From Octopus bimaculoides (taxonomy: Eukaryota): a DNA stretch of 64,000 nucleotides. The DNA lies in the NCBI RefSeq assembly GCF_001194135.2, contig NC_068983.1:100287385-100351384 (forward strand), given 5' to 3'. A program made the translations under genes and the position numbers. Below the pieces are notes generated by a model. The model made no database searches and was not told the DNA's origin. It saw only the letters and a list, made by a program, of their open reading frames with translations. Shown one piece after another: positions 38,856-49,969 of this stretch. The number at the start of each line of letters is the position of its first letter. Within the stretch, counting starts at the first letter, position 1.

Positions 38856-41247
38856 ATCATATATATAAAACACAATAAGTTTCTCCAAATTTCCCTTACA
38901 ATTCCTCGAAATTTCCTCTACAGGTCATTGGTCAACTCGAAATTATAGCAAGAGACACTTGCCCAAGATTCTCGACAATTGGATTGAATCCGGAACCATG
39001 TTGTTGCGAAGTGGACTTTGTAATTGATACCTATTCATGTGCCCATTTGACTGGTAAAATTATTGTAAAAATACAAGCGAGAATTGAATTTGGAAAGGAA
39101 CGAAACTTGTCCTTTTTGATTGCGTTGCTATTTATTTTCAGCAATGACACAACGCCAAACATTTTTGGAGAAAGGTTAAACCGATGCCAGTTCTTGATTG
39201 GTTTTCAGCGACTTAGCTCGAGAATGTGCCACTCAGGGCTGCCCTTGAGTTTTCCGCCCCTCCCCCACTAGCTCCCCCTCCCTCCAGCCTATACATTGCC
39301 CGGAGTGGATCTCATCCCTCGTCACACTCCACCAGCTACGCTTGTGTTGTTTCTTAGTTTCAGTTGTGTTAATATCGATTTCAGATTTTGGCACAAGGCC
39401 AGTAAATTCGGGAGCGGAAGTATGTAGATTACATCGATCCCAGTTATCCACTGGTACTTATTTTATCGACTCCGAAAGGATGAAAGGAAAACCGACAGCA
39501 GCAGAATTTGAACTCAGAACAAAGACAGGCGAAATGCCACCAAGCATTCTGTCAGCTCGTCGCCTTAACAGTTAATATTAACTTCAGTACATGGCCACAT
39601 ATTTATAGGGAAGGGGTTTAGTCAACAAACCTTGAGACAGGTTGTTGTTGTTTAACCCTAGGTCATCTTTGAGTAGAACTATGATCAAAGGCATTTCAGG
39701 CATTTATTTTCTTAGGAGTATATAGAACTACATTATTTTACACCCTTTCTTCAAGGTAGCAGGGTGTGATTTGAAGGAGATTTGGCTTTTATTTTTAGCA
39801 ATTCGTAAGACCACGAAAAAGATCTTCCGTTGGCTTGTAAGGCTCCCTCGTTGAACCATATCACATTGAAAGGCAAAGTAAACAGGTCTGGAATTTAAAA
39901 TTAGAACGTAGAAGAAAGTAATCAAGTCTGCTGTTTCAATAATTCACTGCACAACCCGTTCAACTCTGTTACATTGGCAGAATCGTTAGAGCATCGTCGG
40001 ACAAAGTGCCTTTCGATACTTAGTTACAGACCGTAGCGGCATTTCGACCATCTCTACGTTTTGAGCTCAAATTCCGTCGAGGTCGACTTTGCCTTTTATC
40101 ATTTCAAGGCTGATGAAATAAGTACCAAATGAGCCCTGGGGTGTGGTGGGGGTGGGGGCCGATGCAATTCACTAACCCTCTCTCCTAAAATATTTTAGGC
40201 CTTGTGCCTATAGCAGAAATGATATTTAGTTACAAACATTTACGCGCTGGGTTCAGATTTCACTGAAGTTAACTTTGCCTTTCATGTTTTCGAAGATAAA
40301 TAAAGTACTAGTCAAGTACAAGCTAATCGACCATACTATCTCCCAACTCAAAAATGTGTAGCTTTGTGTCAATGCTTCAAATCAGTATTAGAATTGGCAT
40401 TACCTTCTGAATAAAAAATTGTCAGGATCAACTCTGTTTCCCACCTTATTGGGTTGATAAAAAAAATCACTAGTCATGTTCTAAGGTTAATTAAATCGAC
40501 TGTTCTCCCCTCCACCAAATCTGCCTATGTAAGAAATCTATACTGATACAATATGAAAAATAAAGTTGTTCAAATTGTTGAATGTCATTCCAGGCAACAT
40601 GAAATGTCGATTATTTTCAAATGAAATACGAACATCCAACTGAGAGAGAGAGAGAGAGAGAAATTTTAATGCATATTTAATATATTAGAAAATACAAAAT
40701 CTGTTGAATGGAAATGTTATGTAGATCAATGAGATCTTAGTTTTAACAAATACATACAAGATGACGTTAACTAATCCGAAAATCTCAAATTCCGTAACTG
40801 CAGATACAAGTAATATTCCAATTGAAGAATGATGTACTTTGAAAACACGTATATTATTAATAAATGTTTGTTAGTAATTGCAGAGAAGTTTGAAAAATTG
40901 TGAAGATCTTAACCCTTTGCCTATCTTGAGTTTCATTTGCCTTCCTGGCTTCCGTGCGTCGTATATGATACACACTCTTTCTTCTTTCTCAACCATCAGT
41001 AGGAACTTAAGATTCATGAAAGCTTTATATTATTCATAACGTATGGAAAAAGGACGAATTAAAAATCTGAAAGCAAACTTAGACCTTTAGGACAAACTTA
41101 TTAAAAATGATTTGGACTACCAAGGGTTAAATTATTTATCTTCAAATAAATTTTAAAGGCGATATCATTTGGTCGGTAGTTCGAATGGCAGCGAAGAGCG
41201 TTGAGCATAGCCAAAGTTGAATGCAAAATAAGTAGATTCTTTCTTAT

Positions 41248-41445
41248 ATTCTTTTACTTGTTTCAGTCATTTGACTTCAGCTATGCTGAAATCTTTAGTA
41301 CCGCCTTTAGTCGAACAAATCGACCCCAGGACTTATTCTTTGTAAGCCCGGTACATATTCTATCGGTCTCTTTTACCGAACCACTAAGTTATGGGGACGT
41401 AAACACACCAGCATCGGTTGTCAAGCGATGGTGTGCGGGGACAAA

Positions 41446-41501
<56 letters not shown>

Positions 41502-41642
41502 CGACAGGCTTCTTTCAGTTTCCGTCTACAAGGCTTTGGTCGGCCCGAGGTTATAGTAGAAGACATTTTCCTAAGGTGCCATGCAGTGGGACTGAACCCA
41601 GAACCATGTGGTTGGGAAGCAAGCTTCTTACCACCCAGCCTT
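41248..41642 (-). mobile_element. tRNA-derived SINE (family B) with internal (CA)n(TA)n
   Basis: Minus head ...gggttcagtcccactgcatggcacc; body cttgtttcagtcatttgact...gtacttattctatcggtc. Other copies at about 5860-6100(+), 28945-29345(-), 35125-35465(-), 51575-51712(+), 55030-55170(+), 59560-59815(+), 63128-63260(-). Confidence 0.8.
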
Positions 41643-43359
41643 ATTTTTTCTTCTGTCCTTGCATCTTAAAATGACATGGGTAGAATTTAAATAAACACAA
41701 AAATATGAACATATATTTATTAAAATAAATAAATAAATAGCACGTTTATATTTACCGTCATTCAAACATTGGATGCTTTTTGTTTCTCAATTTACTGCTG
41801 GGATTATCCAGTCAAAGAAAATCATTTAAAACCTACATATTGGTTTCAAACTTTGGCACAAAACCAGCAAGTTTGGCGGATGGATTAAATCGATTTCATC
41901 GATCTCAGTGCTCGACTGGTACTTATTTCATCGACCCCGAAAGGATGGAAGGCAAGGTCGACCTCAGCGGAATTTGATCTTGGAACGTAAATACGGACGA
42001 AATGCTGCCAACTATTTTGCGCAGCGTGCTAACGATTCTGCCGCCTTACTTTAAGCAGACAGATTGACAATCCTCTTAGCTAATAATTAAGTACAACTTT
42101 TGTCCATATTCTTCCATTCACTAATTAAATGGGAGTATTTGTGACATTCTTTAACTCTTTTAACATGTTTATTCCTTCTCATTTAATTAGGATGTATAAG
42201 GAAAGATAAATGAGATTCAGGGCCATTTTAATAGCGTTATGGGACACCCCGCCGCCGAGCAAAGCAATGTGCTGGAGCTTATCATACATAACCACATCAT
42301 ACATAGATTAGCATTGGGTTCGCTAGACTGGTGGGGGAGCTCGAGTCACAGTCCAATGTGCTCATGTCTTAAGACGGCACTGATGAAATTGTATGATGTA
42401 GCTGCTCTTTCAAGAACATTAACTACTTAAAATGAAAATTAGAAATTAAAATGAAGTCAGGAAGTCAAGAAGCCAAGAACTTTGCTTTATTTTCCAACAC
42501 TTTTGCATTGCACTTTCAACTCCACGAGCACAGGACCGATGCTTTATTTAGCGACTCCGAAAGGATGAAAGCAAAGCTAACCTTAGCGGATTTGAACTAG
42601 AATCGTAGAGAGCTGGAATGGTAACCACAAAACAATTTAACCAATGCTCTAGCGACTCCGTCAGTTTGAGAAAAGAACAAATAACAGAGTACTAGAACAG
42701 GGTAATTCCACCCCTAGCTAAAATTGGAACTGTCCAAACCATTAATTCTTGTTACTTGAAAAAAAAAAAATTATAAGGTTAACTCGGTTTATTCTAAATT
42801 ATCCTGCTTGTGTCATTTGAAATATAATAAAGACAAAATAAATTTTAAATAAATGTATTTTTGTTGTCGCATATGTAACGGCCTTGTTGAGACTTTTTCT
42901 TATTAGCATTAAACGTTTCGGGTCTCAACGAAATTGAAGTTTAATACCTTTAAAACCCTGATTCAGCACCCAGTCATGACAACACACAGAGTTTCTATAA
43001 AATTGGATCCATACGTAAGCAAAATTGAACTACTCTCTTCTTTACATGAAAAGTTTTACCTAAACGGGATCGAGAACTAGAATCAAATTATGAATGTTTA
43101 GCAATTAATAAACAGCTGTTTGTACAGCCTAAGGTGTATATTTTTTAAATTTAAAAATAGAACTGTTGCAACTGAGAGAATATAATACTGGTTTACGTCT
43201 GTAGTTTAGAATAATGGCTAACCTTAACTAACCTTTAAGTAGTGGGAAAGGGTTGCATGAATACGCATTCGAGCACCATCAACCTAAATAATCTCTTTTT
43301 CTTAAGGGTAACTTCTTGTTATTTTCACTTTAAATAAGTACAAAAACCGTAACAATTGT

Positions 43360-43655
43360 TGATCTCCCTCAAAATTTGCGTCTTCCGTCTCCCGCTAGAT
43401 CATCTTACCAAGGCTCTACTCTCATTCGACGAAACTATGGGTTGGAAGAAGCCTCGTGGCAGGCTCAGGATCAGATTACTGGACGTGATTGGGGAGGATC
43501 TCCAGAAGCACGACGTCGCCTTGGAGGATGCAAAGGGCTTGGTACAGGACCGCCAGCGATGGAGAGCACTGGTTGACCTTGTCGGCTCTACCACGGACCA
43601 CTAATCTGGGATGACCCCAGCCTCATCAAGCAAGAGCATGAAGCGGCAGCATCAT
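43360..43655 (+). mobile_element. RTE LINE 3' end
   Basis: RLPLDHLTKALLSF...GWKKPRGR.RIRLLDVIGEDL...DRQRWRALV. Confidence 0.7.
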
Positions 43656-44195
43656 TGCAAAGTACCGTAAAGTATTCACCTTCCTTTGGTGATAGTCATA
43701 TCCATATAAAATTTTTGAAACCTCAATTGATGATGTTCATTGTTCTCCAATGAAAGATCGATTCATAATATCTGCTGTTTAAGTGAACCAAGAAATGTTA
43801 AAATCACATCCGTAGTGACGAGAAACACTCGCTCCTCAAACTGTCTCCTCTGCCTTTCCTGACTACCATTGCTCATTAAGCTAATGATTATTTGATCTTC
43901 ACCATAAATCTTAATTAAAATATTTTGGTCCTCTACACTGAACATTTTCGTACTCATCTAACCGTTTATTTATGCGGATCTGTATCTCTGGGTATCTCTT
44001 TTCTTTTCATTATCTTTAAATGTGTTATTTTGTGATAAAGTCCGAAACTTCAGACAGCTTTTAATTGAAATGGTTATAGAGTCCTGAAGTTGGTTCAGTC
44101 ACAGAGAGACTGTATAGGTGTATTAGTATCCTCTCCGGATCAATGAAGTCGTTTGTATGTTTTTATTGTAAATCCTTTAATTCTAATTAATATAT

Positions 44196-44605
44196 TAAGG
44201 CGGTGAAACTGGTAGAATCGTTACCGCGCGAAACACATTCTCAGCAGCCTTTCTTATGTTTTTATATTCCGAGTTGTTCAAATTCCTGTCAGGGTCGATA
44301 AAATAAAGCACTAGAGAAGTGCTGTGGTCGATGTTGTCAACTTCCACCCCCTTTAAAATTGCTAACTTTGTGCCAAAATTAGAATTATTAAGGCGACTAG
44401 ATGGTAGAATCGTTACTGCACTGGACAAAATGCTTCACAGTATTTCGTTCTTTTTACATTTTGAGTTAAAATTCCGCCAAGGTCACTTTGCTTTTCATCC
44501 TTTCAGGATTGATAAAATAAGTACCAGCTGAATACTGGGGTCGATACAATCGACTCCTCCACCACCAACAGAAATCGCTGGCCTTGTGCCGAAATCTGAA
44601 ACCAT
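44196..44605 (+). mobile_element. Two tandem tRNA-derived SINEs (family C) directly upstream of the HAUS1-like acceptor
   Basis: taaggcg...tggtagaatcgtta heads at 44196 and 44388; gagttcaaatt-type B box. Other family C copies at about 29365-29580(-), 39375-39570(-), 39975-40225(+), 41842-42050(-), 42520-42670(-), 48185-48388(-), 52672-52898(-), 63346-63550(+). Confidence 0.8.
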
Positions 44606-44626
44606 TTTTTTTTCTTTTCTTTTTAG

Positions 44627-44942
44627 ATTACTGATTGGTTGAACAAAACTCTCTGTTTAGATGATTTCGAGTTTGAATATAATGAACGTTCATTGTCCAT
44701 TCTTCGATCGTTAATGAATATTAATTATATCACGGATAAAACTAGCGAATTCCGAGTCAGTGATTTAAATCAGAAAGCCCAAGAATACAAATGTGAAAAC
44801 AGAATCTTGTCTCGAGTGTTAAACTTTATGGAACTGGAAGTGGGTAACAACTCCAAATGTTCTAAGAAATATCTGGAAATATTATGCGAACTTGCTCGTC
44901 TACTAAACCTTAAAAATTTATCAGAAACTAGTTATATGATGG
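44627..44942 (+). CDS. HAUS1: HAUS augmin-like complex subunit 1-like, coding exon (phase 0 to 1)
   Basis: Strong acceptor (T-rich tract, then ag) ends 44626; ITDWLNKTL...EYNERSLSILRSL...DLNQKAQEYKCE...KYLEILCELARLLNLKN resembles the recalled HAUS1 N-terminus (WL..F...YEVN.RT..IL...DL.QKASEY.SE); donor GTAAGT at 44943. Confidence 0.72.
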
Positions 44943-45751
44943 GTAAGTATGTTTAATTTTTGAATGATAATTTTCATATCTATCTTTTATCGTTTTGGAA
45001 ATTAACATTCCATATCGGGAACAGTGGATAAGCAGCATCAAACTCTTTAGTTATGTCTTTAGGTTCTAGTGAATTAAATTAGCATATAATAGATTCGAAT
45101 TTGTGGCTTTACACTGTTAGAATTAATTTTTTATACTATACTTTTTATTTGATCCGCAGAAGTTGCAAAGGCGCGGGGTGGGGTCGTGAATTGGCACTTA
45201 ACATATAAGTACCGAAGTACAAAATTTTCGGCCTTTGAGTCATTTTGTAACTTCTGCCAACTAACTTAATAAATATGTACATACTTATGCTTTTCAGTTC
45301 TGTTTACCTGTTTGTATCATTATACCTATTTCATATTACATCTAGTACCGTTGATAAGCAAGAGCTGCACACCAGGAAAGTTAAGACAGCGATATTTTTT
45401 TTTAATCGCCGTTTGAAGTGATTTCAATAAACTAGACGGCTTGCGGAGCGTGTGGACATCCTTTATCCTACACAATGCAAAGAAAACTAGTCTTCCTTGT
45501 AATACAAATTAATTTTTATTCCTTTGACATGATTGCATATTTGAATTTAGCTTAAATCTATCATTTTTAAAATCAGCTAAACGGCTGATTATGGACGGTA
45601 GGATTCTGTGAATGGCTTGTTGGTTTTTTTAATTTTTGCTTTTTATCTTGACATTCATTTCAGACTTCATTCTGTTGGTTTTTGTATTAAAATATATATA
45701 TATATATATATATAATTTTCTTTAAAAATTGATTTTGTATTTGCTTCGCAG

Positions 45752-46179
45752 CTTTGATAAATCTTAGAAATGAAATGCAGGTGGTTTCCGAACAGAAATT
45801 CAAATTAAAACCCAGTATTGACAACCACTTGAGTATGAAGATCCTCTACGGCCTGACACATTCTACATTTTCTAGGATCTTCAGTTTTTTTCAGGAGTCA
45901 GTTGTAGGATTGGAAAATGGTTTTCAAAAATTCATTACATTAAAGAAAAAAATAAAATCTACTGGCATTGACAGAACATTTGTCCATCAGGCTATTCTGA
46001 ATAATATGAAAGCTAAAGGCAAAATTGTGAACAACACTAATTCTCTTGTATGTCGGTTGACAGAGTTCAATAAGTTGCCATTAAATTTGAGGTCGATAAA
46101 CAACGAAATAAGTAACCTAGAATTCTATAAAAATCAACTTCAAAAAGAAGTTGATGAATTGCTGAAACAAACGAGTTGA
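45752..46179 (+). CDS. HAUS1: HAUS1-like last coding exon
   Basis: Acceptor ttgcttcgcag ends 45751 and phase 1 joins G+CT = Ala. TGIDRTFVHQAIL...LTEFNKLPLNL...YKNQLQKEVDELL parallels the recalled HAUS1 C-terminus (GMDASLSHQSL...LESYLDLMPN). TGA ends 46179. Confidence 0.7.
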
Positions 46180-49100
46180 TGCCTTCTCTCTATTTTAACC
46201 ACAATCGAGAAAACATTTTTGGACGCTTTAGATTTTGACATTTGAATTGTTTTGTTTTTTTTACCCTACCCTAGTTATTCCTACTAATAAAGGGGATGTT
46301 TTAAAAATTAGTGTGCATTCCTTGTTAAGGGTTTCAAAAATAATTGTTCGTTAAGATTTATACTTTTAATATTTTAATTATGCTTTTGACATTATATGGA
46401 ACGTACTGGCTGAAAAATAAAAATAATTTTACTCTGTGCGAAGATTTACTTTTCTTCTTCTTCAGAACTCTTAATATGTAAATCTTGCTTGGTTTGTAAG
46501 ATTTACCATTGAAACATAGTCAAAGAAAATAGTTCTAAAAATAACTAGTTGAAACTTAAACATTTTATAACCGATGTTTTCTTGTTAAAACGCAAAACTG
46601 TAAACACTTATTTTATAAGATGTTGGAATTCAACTGAGAATATATAGCATTCAATTACTCTAATGGTTTAGGAGGCAGATAAACAGATTTTCAGGTAAAC
46701 GACAGCAGTGAGATTTATTTGTTGCAAACGCCAAACGTAGTAGGTAAGTAGGATCTAAGAATGACGGAATGCAAGTTATTAGTGACAGGTGTTATATTAG
46801 TTTTAAGGCAGGCACCCGCCCACCCTCCTCCTAAAGTTATGGGTGGAGTGTATTTTTACTGCCTTCTCGTTTTAATCGAGTTTAATTTTGAGGTGGTAGT
46901 GGTGGAGTATTCACCATTTCTAAATCTAAGTTTGTTTACACCCACGAATAACAACTTGGTAGCCTCGCTAGTTTATGGATGGCGATGTATGCAAATGATT
47001 TAATCTTTATACATGTGGAATTTAATAGCTGCTGCTGTGTATACATAGTAGGAATCTGGTACTGAAATGATATTTCCTTGACTTAAGATGTAGTCGTCAT
47101 CTTGATATATTTTAGTTATCGAGTGGGGAAAGACAAACTAATTTAAGCCGATAATTTTCCATATTAAAGTTACTGTTACTTATTTTATACAGTATTCCCG
47201 TTTAGTGACACATTTTAAGGGTACGAAATTGTTAGAAATGCCTTTCGTAAGACATCGTTCTTCATCCAACTTGCTGTTACCGAGTCTCTCACGCATACAA
47301 TTGTCATCCTTCGAACGAAAAAGATCTGTCAGGCTACCGCTACTTGTATACAGTAGCTCACCTGGTAACGTCTGTGAGCAAGTCAGTTGCATTTCCATCG
47401 TTAGTAGCAGACAGCTACTAATTCCAGCCAATCACTGGCTGGTACTCTACTTCAAACCAAAACTATTCTTTCCTCATTTGGTGCTTTCAAAAGATAACCT
47501 GGGCGTCAGCGTTTTCTGTTTCTATGGCAATGAAGTGAAATCATCTCAGTTATCTAATTGTCTAATTGCTTTTCCTTTTTTAGCATCGAATATTATTAGC
47601 AGTTCTATTTCTCGGCTTGATCCTACAGGATTATTTATTCTTAGGCTTAACACTAAGACCTTACAGGGTTTTGTACCATAATTTCTCAAATAACTAAATC
47701 TTTAAGCTTTGCCAGAGTGGCATCTTGGTCAGTCATTTCACAACTGGAGTTTATTTATTTACTTTTTATTTGGCACCGACTACTTGTGTATTGGTATACA
47801 GACGAAACTAGTTAATGTTTATTTAAATCTTTATATCGGCAGGTGCTTATGCACTGGATGTATTTGAGTGAGACAGTTTCACCATAATACACCGAGAAAA
47901 ATAGAGCAATCTTACGTAATTTTAGAAAGCTTGAAGCTGTATTAAATCTGAGATTATATATCACAAGAGTCTACGGTTCTATTATGTTACTAGTATTTAT
48001 TTTACTGGCCCAGAGGTGGGCAAAACGAAGTCGATTTGTGGAAAATTTTTTTATCGAGTTGTCGGTTTGAAAAGATGTTCAACGTTTACATTTAACGGAT
48101 TCTTTTACCGTTTGTATATTGATTTCGTCACAACCACTTTTCAAATTCATCGGGAGCTAATAAAATAAGCATCGGTCATCTTTTCTATTATAGGCACAAA
48201 GCTTGAAGTTTTTGGGAAGGGTTAGTAGAATGCATTGACCTCGGTGTTCAATTTATTTCATAGATCCCGGAAAGGTCAAAAGTAAAGTCGACCTTGGCGG
48301 AATGTGAACTCGGAACGGAAAGGCGGACAACATGCCGCTAAGTATTTTGTTTGTCGTGCTTACAATTCTCCCGACTCTCCACCTTAAAGAGTATCGGTAT
48401 TAAGCTGTGACTGACTCCTATACCACTCGCTCTATTATAAACATTGGACTCTTACCAGGCAGAATGTTGAGGCAGTTGAGCGATACGTGTCTTTACTGTT
48501 TCCAAATCAGACGGCCTCCACTAGTCGGCTCAGCCAGACCACTCAGGAAGACGGCTAAAACATGACGCTAAGGTGATAGCACGAGTGTTTTCAGATACAT
48601 TGGGCAAGCCGCATGTTTCGTTAGCTTGCTGTAAAATCGGAGCAGTATTTCTCTCCCACTATGTAATTATTGCTGTTATTAACTGAAACAGGCCAACACA
48701 GTTTGTCTTTATGTAGGATAAATTCTTCTGTATAATGTTCGCGGACGTTGTTCAGTTACTTCTTCGCGCAGCCCAAGAAACGTATTTTCATTCACCAACT
48801 CGATAACTAAGTCTTAAACTCGCGGTATCCCTAATGAAGTAATTTCATTTTTGTTTAATGAAATAATCTAACCAAATTTTAAGTGATTCCTAGCGCATCA
48901 TATATTAAATGTTCTTTTTGAATACATTGACTACCTGAAAAGTAGCAAAGGGAGGAAAAGCAATTTAGACAAAACCACACATGCACTTACAATCTGCTAA
49001 ATTCACGTGTGATTAATACAGTTTATTTTCTATCATGTTATTGATGTAACAAAACGGTTATTTAAGCATTAAAAAAAAAAAAACCTGCTTCCCAGCTGAT

Positions 49101-49489
49101 ATCCATTTCCTTTACTTCATTCACATATAGGAATGCTTTCTAGTTGGCACGAATAACCTTTTTCTATTGAGATAGTGCACGTCATAAACAGGGTCATGCC
49201 ACTACTAATATATGCAGAGAAGATTTTTAACATGTGTAACGAGTCGAAAAACCTCGATTAACTGAAATTAATCATGAAGACAGTAATTGAAAGAAATACT
49301 AGCAAAATATATAGATGATGTATGTGGGAGTGGATCTTCTCATTTTAAAGTCAACTGGTGAACGCAATGGACACCTCAGTCTTATTAGACCTGTAGTGAA
49401 ACCTCTCTCTCGGGTTTTTATTTACGAATGATAACGAAGCGGCTAACATCTAGCCTTCGACCGCTTGGACCGCTGTGTCCATCACCCTG

Positions 49490-49650
49490 ATTGGCTCTTA
49501 TTTGCGCGGCATTTGTCTCCAGTTCTGTTTCGCGCCAGGGTGCATACCTACCAATCATGGCTTTCAGTTAAGGTCACATGACAGTTTTCTGCCTGTTTCG
49601 TGAGCCCCTTTTTATCTATAAATAGCCCTGCTTCATCCACGCCAGTTTGT
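49490..49650 (+). promoter_or_regulatory. RNA Pol II core promoter (CCAAT x2, E2F site, E-box, TATA, Inr) of an unidentified gene
   Basis: ATTGG 49490-49494, TTTCGCGCC 49528-49536, CCAAT 49551-49555, GTCACATGAC 49573-49582, TATAAATA 49617-49624, Inr-like CCAGTT with its A at 49644 (27 nt after the TATA start); locally CpG-rich. Confidence 0.7.
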
Positions 49651-49969
49651 CGCGACCTCAGACCTTTTCAGGTCTAGTCTCCTTTGGTTCGCACGGTCGT
49701 TCTTTACAGACCTCTTCAGCAAAGTGTATTTTCCTCAGATNNNNNNNNNNNNNNNNNNNNNNNNNNNNNNNNNNNNNNNNNNNNNNNNNNNNNNNNNNNN
49801 NNNNNNNNNNNNNNNNNNNNNNNNNNNNNNNNNNNNNNNNNNNNNNNNNNNNNNNNNNNNNNNNNNNNNNNNNNNNNNNNNNNNNNNNNNNNNNNNNNNN
49901 NNNNNNNNNNNNNNNNNNNNNNNTTCATTTAGCTTATCAGTTACTTCTCTCCCTGCTTTAAAAGATACA

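Noticed and set aside
42905-42945. Minus-strand CGTTGAGACCCGAAACGTT resembling a hammerhead core
   Set aside because: Core is corrupted, stem II is minimal and there is no stem I complementarity.
45781-45894. Possible in-frame 114-nt intron inside the last HAUS1-like exon (CAG/GTGGTT...tttttttcag)
   Set aside because: Weak donor, open frame, and removal would shorten an already short coiled coil; needs RNA-seq to exclude fully.
49617-49923. Replication-dependent histone gene behind the TATA/CCAAT/E2F promoter
   Set aside because: No ATG or histone codons before the gap, the 183-N gap is too short as sized, and no histone 3' stem-loop follows.
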